From positions 1,408,001-1,472,000 of the forward strand of contig CBDFGR010000003.1 of the NCBI GenBank assembly GCA_965247115.1: 64,000 nucleotides of DNA. Reading direction: 5' to 3'. A program made the position numbers and the translations under genes. Below are positions 37,128-46,445 of the stretch, one piece after another. Positions within the stretch are counted from its first letter, which is position 1; each line of letters begins with the position of its first letter. This DNA comes from Myxococcota bacterium. Its GTDB lineage: Bacteria; Myxococcota_A; UBA9160; SZUA-336. The notes below the pieces were generated by a model. The model searched no databases and had not been told where the DNA came from. It saw only the letters and a list, made by a program, of their open reading frames with translations.

Positions 37128-39566
37128 TCATAGCATCTGGAGCGGGGCGGTATCCAGCCTCAGATCGACACCCGAAAGCTCGGCCCGAGCGCGCCGCTGG
37201 AGCTGCAACGCCACCCTGCGAACGTCGCTGCGATCACCGAGGAGCAGGAGCTGCCAGCGAAAGCGATCGCGCACGCGCCGAATGGGAGCGGGCGCAGGGC
37301 CCAGGACCTCCACCGCGCTCTCCGCGCCGGACGCGGCGCGCGCCCACTCCGCCAGCGCTCCGGCCGCGCCTTCCACCACGTCCTCTTTCTTTCCGCTGAG
37401 AGAAGCCTGCAGCATGTTGCGATACGGCGGGTACCCGTGCGGCTTGCGGCGCGACAGCTCCTCGCGCAGGAAGCGCGGATAGTCGTGCATGCGCGACAGG
37501 GCGATCGCGTAGTGGTCCGGCAGGAAGGTCTGAATCACAACGCGTCCGGGCTCTTCCCCCCGACCAGCCCGCCCCGCGACCTGGGTGAGGAGCTGGAAGG
37601 TCCGCTCGCTGGCGCGAAAGTCAGGAAAGTGCAGGCCGAGGTCTGCAGCCACGACGCCAACGAGCGTCACGCCAGGAACGTCGTGACCCTTCGCGATCAT
37701 CTGCGTGCCGACGAGCACGTCGATGTCGCCGCGATGAAAGTCTCTCAGGATGCGGCGCTGATCGCCTTTTCGGGACGACGTGTCGCGGTCGAGTCGACCC
37801 ACGCGCGCGTGCCCGAACATGGCCGCGACGTCCTCTTCGAGCCGCTCCGTGCCAAAGCCCAGCAGCGCGCTGTCGGGAGTCCCGCAGCCAGGACACGCTG
37901 GAGCGGGTACCTCGCGGTGGCCGCAGTAGTGACAGCGAAGCTCCCCTTGCCTGGGATCGTCCGCCCTCGGCGCGGTGCCCGTCGCGTGGTAGACGAGCGA
38001 GATGTCGCAGCGAGGACACGAGACGGCGTGTCCGCAGGCGAAGCAGTACACGCGCGTCGCAAAGCCCCTGCGGTTGAGGAACAGGATCGCCTGGCTACCC
38101 GTTGCGAGCACCCCGGCCAGGGCCTGCCGGAGCGGACGCGAGAGCAACATGGTGCGCCCGCGCCGCTTCACCTCGACGTTCATGTCGACGATCTCCACCT
38201 GCGGCAGCGGGCGTCTGGTGACCCTGTCCGGGAGAACGAGTCGCTGGACCGCACCGTGCTCGCAGCGGAACGCCGTCTCTACGTCAGGTGTTGCCGAGCC
38301 CAGCACCAGCGGACAGCCGCTGTCCTCTGCTCGCAGGCGCGCCACGTCGCGAGCGTGGAAGCGGAAGCCCTCCTCGCTCTTGTACGCCGAATCGTGCTCC
38401 TCGTCGATCACGACCAGACCCAGGTCATGAAAGGGAGCGAAGATCGCGGAGCGCGCGCCGATCGCGATCCGTCGACTCCCCTCGCGAATGCTCCGCCAGT
38501 GGTCGAAGCGTTCCCCCGCGGAGAGACCGCTGTGCAGCACGGCGACCTCTTCCCCGAAGCGCGCGCGGAAGCGATCCACGACCTGGTGCGTGAGCGAGAT
38601 CTCGGGCGCCAGCACGATCACGCCGCGCTTCTGCTGCAACGCCACGGCCGCGGCACGCAGGTAGACCTCCGTCTTCCCGCTGCCCGTGACACCGTAGAGC
38701 ATGAAGCTCTTTCCTCGCGAACCTTCGATCGCGCCTGAGATCGCTTCCAACGCCTCGCTCTGCGCGAGAGTGAGCTGGTGCACCGCCTCGGGCTGCGCGA
38801 GCGGAGCCTCGACACGCGTTCGTGTCAACTCCTTCTCCTCGACTGTCACCAGACCCTCGCGCACCAGCGTCCGCAGCGGCGAGGTGCTCGGAAGCGCCTG
38901 CGGCCCCGCGAGGAGCTGCTCGTAGAGCTCGAGCTGGCGCCTCGCCCTCGCGAGCCGGATGCGCGCCTCCTCGGGAGCGACGGACGGGTCGACTCGGTAC
39001 ACGCGTTGGGTTCGCACGCGCACGCGCGGCTCCGTCCTGGTGAGCTCGCGCTTGACCCAGCCGACCCGCTCGAGCTGCTCCAGGCTCGCCCCTGCAGCCT
39101 GGAAGCGTCGGCGAAACTGGACCTCGGTAGGCGCGCCGCGCTCGAGCGCGTGGAGAACCTCGAGCAAGCTGCCGCGCGCCTCGCCGCGCGCAATGGCCTT
39201 GCGTCCCGCCTCTTGAAGCTGAACGCGACGCTCGATGCGCGGGGCTGTGCCGGGCGGAAGCGCCGCGGCCAGGGCCAGCCCCGGCGGACACAGAACGTCG
39301 CGTGCGACCCGCAACAGCACCTTCAACAGCGACTCGGGCAGCACCGGAGCGGAGTCGAGCACCTCGATCACCGAACGCGCCGCCCCGGCTCCCCGCGCGC
39401 CCCCTTCGACCCGCTCCGCCACGACCACGCCGACCACCTGCCGCCCCGCACAAGGCACGAGCACCCGCACGCCGGGCAGCACACGCCCCTCGCCCGAAAC
39501 CTCATAGTCGAGCGTGTCGTCCAGCGGAAGCGACACAGCAACCTCGACCCGCCGACCGGAACTCAC
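37128..39566 (-). CDS. priA: Primosomal protein N'
   Basis: GVTGSGKTEVY, DEEH, zinc-binding Cys pairs, GTQMIAKG, QVAGRAGR. Confidence 0.96.
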   Translation of the reverse strand: MSSGRRVEVAVSLPLDDTLDYEVSGEGRVLPGVRVLVPCAGRQVVGVVVAERVEGGARGAGAARSVIEVLDSAPVLPESLLKVLLRVARDVLCPPGLALAAALPPGTAPRIERRVQLQEAGRKAIARGEARGSLLEVLHALERGAPTEVQFRRRFQAAGASLEQLERVGWVKRELTRTEPRVRVRTQRVYRVDPSVAPEEARIRLARARRQLELYEQLLAGPQALPSTSPLRTLVREGLVTVEEKELTRTRVEAPLAQPEAVHQLTLAQSEALEAISGAIEGSRGKSFMLYGVTGSGKTEVYLRAAAVALQQKRGVIVLAPEISLTHQVVDRFRARFGEEVAVLHSGLSAGERFDHWRSIREGSRRIAIGARSAIFAPFHDLGLVVIDEEHDSAYKSEEGFRFHARDVARLRAEDSGCPLVLGSATPDVETAFRCEHGAVQRLVLPDRVTRRPLPQVEIVDMNVEVKRRGRTMLLSRPLRQALAGVLATGSQAILFLNRRGFATRVYCFACGHAVSCPRCDISLVYHATGTAPRADDPRQGELRCHYCGHREVPAPACPGCGTPDSALLGFGTERLEEDVAAMFGHARVGRLDRDTSSRKGDQRRILRDFHRGDIDVLVGTQMIAKGHDVPGVTLVGVVAADLGLHFPDFRASERTFQLLTQVAGRAGRGEEPGRVVIQTFLPDHYAIALSRMHDYPRFLREELSRRKPHGYPPYRNMLQASLSGKKEDVVEGAAGALAEWARAASGAESAVEVLGPAPAPIRRVRDRFRWQLLLLGDRSDVRRVALQLQRRARAELSGVDLRLDTAPLQML

Positions 39567-39610
39567 CGGGTGGTTCTAGCACGTTCGCCCCACACACCCG
39601 AACGACCGAA

Positions 39611-39739
39611 ACCACCGCCCAGAGACATAACTTGGGGACGGTCCTTAGTCATAACTTCTGGAACCAGCCCCGCCGATCGAGCGGGAAGTTATGACTAAGG
39701 ACCGTCCCCAAGTTATGTCCCCTGATTTCGGGCGGTGGT
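39611..39739. repeat. Long intergenic inverted repeat (REP-doublet-like)
   Basis: Perfect 35-bp arms 39624-39658/39685-39719 plus outer 10-bp arms 39611-39620/39730-39739. Confidence 0.9.
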
Positions 39740-39742
39740 AGG

Positions 39743-40681
39743 GTGCGGGGCGTGGCGGGCATCGTCGTGGTGGGGAGCTTGAATCTCGATGTCTCGGTGC
39801 GGGCGGAGCACTTGCCGCGGCCTGGCGAGACGGTGCGGGCGAGTGGGCTCGAGCTGGGTCCCGGGGGGAAGGGACTCAACCAGGCGCTTGCCGCGGCCCG
39901 GCTTGGTGGGAGCGTGGAAATGATCGGCTGCGTCGGTGCGGACGCCTTCGCCGCGATCCCGCTCGATGCGCTGCGCGACGCGGGCGTCGAGACGAGTCGC
40001 GTTCGCGTGTGCGAGGGCGAGCACACGGGGACGGCGCTCATCTCCGTCGACGCAGAGACGGGCCAAAATGCGATCTCGGTAGCTGCGGGGGCGAATGCGC
40101 GCGTGACCCCCGATCAGGTGCGAGAGGCGGAGCCCGTGTTCCGCGCTGCGAGCGTGCTGCTGATCCAGCTGGAGCTCCCCCTCGACACGGTGGAGACCGC
40201 CCTCGACCTGGGGAGGCGCCACTCGCTGCTCACGCTCCTCGACCCGGCCCCGTTTCGCGAGCTGCCCGACTCGATCCTGCGCAAGGTCGACGTGCTGACC
40301 CCGAACGAGACGGAGGCCGAGTCGCTCTGTGGCCTGCGCGTGGCAGACGTGGAATCCGGAGCGGCCGCGGGAGCCCTGCTTCAGAAACGTACCCGTGGGG
40401 ATGTCATCGTGACGCTGGGAGCTCTGGGCTGCGTCCGGGTCCACTCGAGCGGCTTCGAGCACCTGCCCGCCCCGCCGGTCGAGCCCGTAGACACCACCGG
40501 GGCGGGAGATGCCTTCAACGGCGGGCTCGCCGTCGCTCTCGCCAGAGGCGCCCCGCTGCTGGAGGCCCTGCGCCAGGCGATCCTCGCGGGCACGGCCGCC
40601 ACGCTGCGACCGGGGGCCGGCGCGGCCATGCCGACACCGGAGGATCTCGCGCGACTGCCCGAGGCTGCTAGCGCCTCCTGA
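39743..40681 (+). CDS. rbsK: Ribokinase
   Basis: GSLNLD, PGGKGLNQA, PNETEA, DTTGAGDAF. Confidence 0.88.
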   Translation: MRGVAGIVVVGSLNLDVSVRAEHLPRPGETVRASGLELGPGGKGLNQALAAARLGGSVEMIGCVGADAFAAIPLDALRDAGVETSRVRVCEGEHTGTALISVDAETGQNAISVAAGANARVTPDQVREAEPVFRAASVLLIQLELPLDTVETALDLGRRHSLLTLLDPAPFRELPDSILRKVDVLTPNETEAESLCGLRVADVESGAAAGALLQKRTRGDVIVTLGALGCVRVHSSGFEHLPAPPVEPVDTTGAGDAFNGGLAVALARGAPLLEALRQAILAGTAATLRPGAGAAMPTPEDLARLPEAASAS

Positions 40682-41618
40682 GCCTGCGGAGCGCCCGGAC
40701 CATCGGTCCGGGACGGCCCGCCACGAGCCGTCCGAGCTGGCCCACGTCCCGGACGAAGTCGCCGCATTGGAGCAGGTAGTCGAGCATCTTCGCGTAGCCG
40801 AGCTCGTGAAGCTCCGTACGCATGTGCTGGGAAAGGCCGGACTTCCAGACGTTGCGCTCGTCCTCGGGCGGCTCCAGACCGAGGCCGAGCTCCGTGGCGA
40901 CCCAGCCGGCCGTCCACAGGACCAGCGCGAGCATCGGCTGCTCCGCGGCGGCCTCTGAACGACGGCACTCGCGCACACCCACGACCACGTGCGGGGGCAG
41001 GTTCCAGCTCTCCAGCACGCGAGCGCAGAGCTCGCCAGGGTAGACGTCGAACTCCTTGTAGAGCGCCTCGTCCAGGTCGACCTCCTCGGTCCGCGACTGT
41101 CGCCACGCTGCGCCGAAGCGCTTGGGAAAGGACACCGCCAGGAACGCCTCGCCCAGCCGATGCACCAGCGCACCGAGGTAAGCGCCAGAGAGATCGCGAT
41201 AGCCGAGATCCTCCGCGAGGCGTCGCGCACAGATGGCCGAGGCAAGGCCAAAGGTCCAGAAGCGCCGCACGTCCAGGGGAGCGGGCAGGCGCGGCAATAC
41301 GTTCATGATCGCGACGGAGAGGATGGCACCGCGGGTCTCCTGCTCCCCCAGGCGCAGGATCGAGGTCTTGATGCAAGACGTGCGCATCCCCATGCAGAAG
41401 AAGGGCGAGTTGCCCATGCCGACCACGCGCAGCGCCAGCACCGGGTCCCGTGAGATCACCGCGGCCACAGCGCGCACGTCGTAATTCGGATCGTCAAGCA
41501 GGTGGAGCGCTTCCAGCGCGGCGTGGGGCAGTGTGGGCAGCCCCTTCATCCGCTCGACGAGCTGATCTACGGGGCTCGGACTCTCAGCGGGCTCCCGCAT
41601 GGGGGTTGCGTGCAGCAT
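40668..41618 (-). CDS. HDOD domain protein
   Basis: LPTLP, ISRDPVLALRVV..NSPFF, FW..., GELCARVLESWNLP. Confidence 0.85.
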   Translation of the reverse strand: MLHATPMREPAESPSPVDQLVERMKGLPTLPHAALEALHLLDDPNYDVRAVAAVISRDPVLALRVVGMGNSPFFCMGMRTSCIKTSILRLGEQETRGAILSVAIMNVLPRLPAPLDVRRFWTFGLASAICARRLAEDLGYRDLSGAYLGALVHRLGEAFLAVSFPKRFGAAWRQSRTEEVDLDEALYKEFDVYPGELCARVLESWNLPPHVVVGVRECRRSEAAAEQPMLALVLWTAGWVATELGLGLEPPEDERNVWKSGLSQHMRTELHELGYAKMLDYLLQCGDFVRDVGQLGRLVAGRPGPMVRALRRLRRR

Positions 41619-41623
41619 TCGGT

Positions 41624-41718
41624 CTCCATTCGACAGCCGTTCGACCCGCCCGGGAACACCCGGGTTAGGGCACTGGCTTTGCGTCCCCGACTTCCGTCGG
41701 GTTTGCCATTTCGTGGAG
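41624..41718 (-). promoter_or_regulatory. c-di-GMP-I (GEMM-I) riboswitch, copy 2
   Basis: GGCAAA-CCCGAC-GGAA-GTCGGG-GACGCAAAGCC...CCCTAAC...GGCTGTCG; compensatory changes relative to copy 1. Confidence 0.9.
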
Positions 41719-41784
41719 CAGCCGAACTTGCGCCCGCGCTGCGTCCCAACGCTGCCGGTCCTGAGACCGGAAGCGTCATAAGAC

Positions 41785-41811
41785 GTATCGGACGCAGAGA
41801 AGTGGACTTGA
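41785..41811 (-). promoter_or_regulatory. Sigma28 (FliA)-like promoter
   Basis: TCAA-N15-TCCGATAC; CCGATACGTCT shared with the promoter at 12928-12954. Confidence 0.68.
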
Positions 41812-41813
41812 GC

Positions 41814-42653
41814 TCAATCCCCCGCCACAGGCGGAGCGGGATCGTGCTCCTCCAGAAAGCGCAGGACCAGGCCGTTGAAGCGCGAGGCCAGCTCGGCGGC
41901 AACGAGATGCGCGGCCCCCGCCATCTGCACGAAGCGCGCGCCGGGGATGGCGCGCGACAGCTGCCGGTGCAGCTTTGGCGGGGTCAAGATGTCTTCCTCG
42001 CCACACACGATGAGTGTGGGCGAGCGGATCTGCCCAATGCGATCCAGGGTGTCGTGGAGCAGCGAGGCCTCGGCCTGGCGCGCAAAGACCTTCTCCTCCA
42101 TGGGCGCGTCGTCGCGCAGGTAGAAGCGCCACATCCGCTCGATCACGTCCTCTTCGAACGTGCCTTCCCCGATGGTCCATGCGAGCCGGTTCTTGATGCG
42201 GGTCTCGGCGGGCACGCCGAACTCGATCATCTCCTTCCACAGCTCCAGGATCGCGCGCCTCTTCGCGTCGGGCCTGGCCCACGTCCCCTGCAGGATCAGG
42301 CAGCCGACGCGCTCCGGATGGGCAAGGACGAGCTCCTGCGCGACCATGCCCCCAAGGAACCCGCCGAGAAGATGCGCGCGTTCCAGTCCGAGCTCGTCGA
42401 GCAGCCCAAGCGTGTCTTCCGCCATGTCCTGGGTCGTGAACGGCGTGCCGGGATCTTCGGAGAGGCCCGCCCCGCGGTTGTCGAAGATGATGACGGGGCG
42501 CTGCTTCGACAGCTCCGGCACCGTCGTGACCGTCCATCCCTGGCACGTGCCGCCCATACCCATGATGAGCACGAGGGGCGTGTGCGTCCCTTCCCCGTAC
42601 TTCTCGTAGTAGATCCCGAAGCCGCGCGAGTGGAAGGTAGGCACCGGCGGCAT
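41814..42653 (-). CDS. Alpha/beta fold hydrolase-like protein lacking the nucleophilic Ser
   Basis: FDNRGAGLS, LGGFLGG elbow, PTLIVCGEEDILTP, GAAH. Confidence 0.85.
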   Translation of the reverse strand: MPPVPTFHSRGFGIYYEKYGEGTHTPLVLIMGMGGTCQGWTVTTVPELSKQRPVIIFDNRGAGLSEDPGTPFTTQDMAEDTLGLLDELGLERAHLLGGFLGGMVAQELVLAHPERVGCLILQGTWARPDAKRRAILELWKEMIEFGVPAETRIKNRLAWTIGEGTFEEDVIERMWRFYLRDDAPMEEKVFARQAEASLLHDTLDRIGQIRSPTLIVCGEEDILTPPKLHRQLSRAIPGARFVQMAGAAHLVAAELASRFNGLVLRFLEEHDPAPPVAGD

Positions 42654-42700
42654 TGTAGCACCGCCGCTCCGCGCTCCCTGACCTGAGTCTGGCGACGAAG

Positions 42701-43294
42701 CTACTTGTTGCCGCGCTTCAGCTCGGTGAGTACGAGCTTTGCGAGAGCCTTGAGCGTCTCGAAGACGCCCTCGCCCGTCTGCGCGGACGCCTCGAAGTCC
42801 TGGATCTTGCCGTCGGGGTTCAGCGACTCGCGCAGCTCTTCCACCGACACCAGGTTGGGAAGGTCTCGCTTGTTGTACTGCAACACCCAGGGGATCTTGT
42901 CGATGTGGTAGCCCTGCTCGCGCAGATTTCCGCGCAGGTTCTCCAGCGACTCGATGTTCGCCTCGTAGCGCTCGTCCTGACTGTCGGCAACGAACACAAC
43001 GCCGTCCACGCCCTTGAGAATGAGCTTGCGGCTCGCGTCGTAAAAGACCTGACCCGAAACCGTGTAGAGATGGAAGCGGGTCTTGAAGCCGCGGATCTCG
43101 CCCAATGACAGCGGCAGGAAGTCGAAAAAGAGCGTCCGCTCGGTCTCGGTCGCGAGCGAGATCATCTTCCCCTTCGCCTCACCTGCGGTCTTTTCGTAGA
43201 TATATTTCAGGTTCGTCGTCTTTCCGCACAGGCCGGGGCCGTAATAGACCAGCTTGCAGTTGATCTCACGTGCGGAATAGTTGATGAACGCCAT
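42701..43294 (-). CDS. mglA: Small Ras-like GTPase MglA
   Basis: [41 protein letters not shown]. Confidence 0.96.
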   Translation of the reverse strand: MAFINYSAREINCKLVYYGPGLCGKTTNLKYIYEKTAGEAKGKMISLATETERTLFFDFLPLSLGEIRGFKTRFHLYTVSGQVFYDASRKLILKGVDGVVFVADSQDERYEANIESLENLRGNLREQGYHIDKIPWVLQYNKRDLPNLVSVEELRESLNPDGKIQDFEASAQTGEGVFETLKALAKLVLTELKRGNK

Positions 43295-43309
43295 GCGACC
43301 TTTGAAACC

Positions 43310-43804
43310 TCAGTCCGAGAACAGATTATCTATGTCGTCTTCGCTGATCTCAGCAAAAGGGGAGCCCGAGCCCTGATCCAGCTCCGACTCGGCCCGTTTG
43401 AAGATCTCGTCAAAGAGCTCCGACAGCTTTTGCCCCGCCTTCTTGACGCGCAGTCGCACGAGTCCGAGCGAGCTGCGATCGTCGAAGATGACCACTAGAA
43501 CGATGCGCTGTGCGACCAACGTGATGTGCAAGTTGTCGCGCTCGCCCTGGTGGAAGTGAATGGGAAAGTCCGGCTCGCCAATGATCTTGGCCAGCCCGCT
43601 CGTAGCTGCGACATTGCCCGCCACCAGCGACGCCAGCGACGTGGTGTCGATGTCCGTCAGCTCGCCCGCCTCCGTCACGAGCTGGCCGTTGCGGTCGATG
43701 AGGAACGCAGCCTTCGCGTTGGCGTCGTGCACGAGACGCTCCGCCACCGCGACCAGCTTCTTGTGATCCTCTTCGAATAGGACCAGCTGTGGCGTCACGG
43801 ACAT
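43310..43804 (-). CDS. mglB: Roadblock-domain GAP MglB
   Basis: TSLASLVAGNVAAT, SSLGLVRLRVKK, C-terminal FAEISEDDIDNLFSD. Confidence 0.95.
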   Translation of the reverse strand: MSVTPQLVLFEEDHKKLVAVAERLVHDANAKAAFLIDRNGQLVTEAGELTDIDTTSLASLVAGNVAATSGLAKIIGEPDFPIHFHQGERDNLHITLVAQRIVLVVIFDDRSSLGLVRLRVKKAGQKLSELFDEIFKRAESELDQGSGSPFAEISEDDIDNLFSD

Positions 43805-43954
43805 GCGGTCCTCTCTAAGGCGTTGAGATCGCTCGGGAAATGCCCCCACCAAATCGATGCTAGCAGAGCGCATTCCACGGGCACAAGAGCCGGAACCAGT
43901 GGAGGAATCGGGCCCCGGGGTCGATTTCTTGAGAACCTTGGCTGCACCAGCCGT

Positions 43955-44563
43955 CTATGAGCCGAACTGGCGTCTGTTCTCCAGCGACTTCCGCACGGTG
44001 ACGGAATCGACGTACTCCAGGTCGCCACCCATGGGCATCCCGTAGCCGATGCGCGTCACGCCCACCTCGTAGTCCCGAACGCGGTCCGCCACGTAGAGCG
44101 CGGTCGCCTCGCCTTCCGGATTTGGATTCGTGGCCAGGATGATCTCCTCGATGCCGCCGGCACGAATGCGTCGGATCAACGGCTCCACGCGCAACGCCTC
44201 GGGCCCCACACCGTCGAGCGGCGCGAGCGTGCCACCGAGTACGTGATAGCGGCCGCGAAACACGCCAGAGCTCTCGATGGACACCAGGTCCGCCGGCTCC
44301 TCGACGACACAGACCTGGTTCGTCTGCCGTGTGTCGTCCCGACAGATCTCACAGGGAGACTCAATGGTCAGGTTGAAGCACTCCTCACACAGGCTGACCT
44401 CACGTCGCAGGCGCAAGATGGCCTCGCCGAGCTCGGAGGCGGTGCTCTCCGGCGCAGAGAGCAGGAAAAACGCGAGGCGTGTGGCCGTCTTCTCGCCCAC
44501 TCCCGGCAGCCGGCGCAGCGCCTTGACCAGTCGGTCGATCGGGGCGGGGCGGGCCTGGGACAC
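43955..44563 (-). CDS. recR: Recombination protein RecR
   Basis: LPGVGEKTA, C4 zinc finger, ATNPNPEGEATA, GGDLEYVD. Confidence 0.96.
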   Translation of the reverse strand: MSQARPAPIDRLVKALRRLPGVGEKTATRLAFFLLSAPESTASELGEAILRLRREVSLCEECFNLTIESPCEICRDDTRQTNQVCVVEEPADLVSIESSGVFRGRYHVLGGTLAPLDGVGPEALRVEPLIRRIRAGGIEEIILATNPNPEGEATALYVADRVRDYEVGVTRIGYGMPMGGDLEYVDSVTVRKSLENRRQFGS

Positions 44564-44899
44564 CTACGAGCTCCCGCCGAGCTGACCCATGAGCTGTGCG
44601 ATGGGAATGCCCGTCGCGTCCTGCATCTCGCTCTGCGCCATCTCCCTTGCCCGTCCGAGCGCCTGGTTGACGGCGGCGAGCACCAGGTCCTGGAGCATCT
44701 CCACGTCGCGCGGGTCCACGGCCTGCGCGTCGATCTTGATCTCGACAAGCTCGAGCTGCCCGTTCACCGTGGCCTCCACCATGCCTCCGCCGACGGTGGC
44801 CTGGGCCGTGCGGTGGCGCAGCTGCTCCTGCACGCGCGCGAGCTTCCCGCTCATCTCCTGCGCTTGCTCCATGATCGACTTCAGATTGAACTGGCTCAT
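44564..44899 (-). CDS. ybaB: YbaB/EbfC nucleoid-associated protein
   Basis: GGGMVEATVNG, DVEMLQDLVLAAVN; lies between dnaX and recR. Confidence 0.93.
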   Translation of the reverse strand: MSQFNLKSIMEQAQEMSGKLARVQEQLRHRTAQATVGGGMVEATVNGQLELVEIKIDAQAVDPRDVEMLQDLVLAAVNQALGRAREMAQSEMQDATGIPIAQLMGQLGGSS

Positions 44900-46299
44900 G
44901 TGAGCTCCCTTCCGCTCTGGCGTGGTACGCGGACCTCCTGGAGCTCTGCATCCAGGGCGGAGATGACCTCTTGTACCTTTGGATGCTCCTTTGCCTCGCG
45001 GCGCAGGCGCGCCTCGGCCTCGGAGACCGTGGAGCCGCTCGCCGGTTCGGCTCTGGGTTGCGGGGCCGCCTGGGAGCGCCGCGTCGGACTCCGCGAGCCG
45101 CGCTCTGCGCCCCCCTGGGACGACTCGTTCCCCGCGGGCGATCCCCCGCCAGCAGGGGGATCCCCTTCGAGCCCATCGAGCCGCTCGATCAGCGAGCTCA
45201 GCGCCTCGGCTTCTGGCAGGGTCGCGAGGCGCACGACGGCCATCTCGAGCGCCTGCTCGGGCCGGGGCGCCAGGCCGAGCTCCTGATTCCGGGTCAAGAG
45301 GACGCGGAACAGACGCTGCAGCGTCTCGGGATCGTGAGGCTTGGCGCGGCGCTGCAGCTCGGCAACCTCCGCAGGTGCCGCATCGACAAGCGGGCCAGGA
45401 TCCTCCACCAGCCGCACCACCAGCAGGTCCCGCAGCTCCTCCAGGATCGCGGCCGCGAGGCGCACGCCGTCGACGCCGGCGTCTATGGCGCGGCGCACCG
45501 CGGCCAGGGCGGAGCTGGCGTCATGACCGAGCACGGGATCGACGATGTCCGTGACGATCTTGTGCTCGATCAGGTCCAGGATCTCGCGGGCGCCATCCTC
45601 CTCGATCGCGTTACCGAAGGCACTGACCAGCCGGTCGAGCAAGGTCTCCGCGTCGCGCAGGCTGCCGTCGCTCTCGCGCACCAGAGCGCGCATCACCGAC
45701 TCGGGAACCGAGATCCCCTCGGCGCTCGAGATCTGACGCAGGCGCTCGAGCATCTCGCTCGGTCCGAGGCGCTTGAGATCAAAGCGCTGTACGCGCGAGA
45801 GCACCGTGACCGGGATCTTCTGGGCGTCCGTCGTCGCGAAGATGAACAGGCTGTGTGGCGGGGGCTCTTCCAGGGTCTTGAGCAGCGCGTTGAACGCCTG
45901 CTGCGAGAGCATGTGGACCTCATCAATGATGTAGATCCGGTACTTCCCCGGCGAGGCCGCGTACCGGATGTTGTCCCGGATCTCGCGCACGCTGTCCACG
46001 CCCGTATTGCTCGCCGCGTCGATCTCCTGCACGTCGAGCGAGGTCGACGCGGCGATCTCCGTGCACGACGAGCACTTGCCGCACGGCTTCTCCGTCGGCC
46101 CCTCGTCGCAATTGAGGGAGCGCGCCAGGATCCGCGCAATCGAGGTCTTTCCGGTCCCGCGCGGCCCGGCCAGCAAGAGGGCGTGGGGCAGGCGATCGTG
46201 CACGAGCGCGTTGCGCAGCGCTGTCGTCACGTGCCTCTGCCCGGAGACTTCCTCGAACGACTGCGGCCGCCAGCGGCGCGCCAGAACTTCGTAACTCAT
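44896..46299 (-). CDS. dnaX: DNA polymerase III subunit gamma/tau
   Basis: LARRWRPQSF, GPRGTGKTS, EIDAASNTGVD, DEVHML, NALLKTLEEPP. Confidence 0.96.
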   Translation of the reverse strand: MSYEVLARRWRPQSFEEVSGQRHVTTALRNALVHDRLPHALLLAGPRGTGKTSIARILARSLNCDEGPTEKPCGKCSSCTEIAASTSLDVQEIDAASNTGVDSVREIRDNIRYAASPGKYRIYIIDEVHMLSQQAFNALLKTLEEPPPHSLFIFATTDAQKIPVTVLSRVQRFDLKRLGPSEMLERLRQISSAEGISVPESVMRALVRESDGSLRDAETLLDRLVSAFGNAIEEDGAREILDLIEHKIVTDIVDPVLGHDASSALAAVRRAIDAGVDGVRLAAAILEELRDLLVVRLVEDPGPLVDAAPAEVAELQRRAKPHDPETLQRLFRVLLTRNQELGLAPRPEQALEMAVVRLATLPEAEALSSLIERLDGLEGDPPAGGGSPAGNESSQGGAERGSRSPTRRSQAAPQPRAEPASGSTVSEAEARLRREAKEHPKVQEVISALDAELQEVRVPRQSGRELT

Positions 46300-46343
46300 G
46301 AACGGCTTTCCCTACTGCATCGCAGGAGGTCGTCCCAGAGGGA

Positions 46344-46445
46344 GATCGCTGGGCCGATCCGACCACCTGCCCCGCAACGCTACCGTTGCTTCCTTCCGGA
46401 CCTGGCGGGGTTCACGAGCGAACCACCGGCCGGGGCCCAGCGATC
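46344..46445 (-). ncRNA. ffs: Signal recognition particle RNA (4.5S)
   Basis: CCGCCAGGTCCGGAAGGAAGCAACGG core; closing stem GATCGCTGGGCC/GGCCCAGCGATC; upstream of dnaX. Confidence 0.93.
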
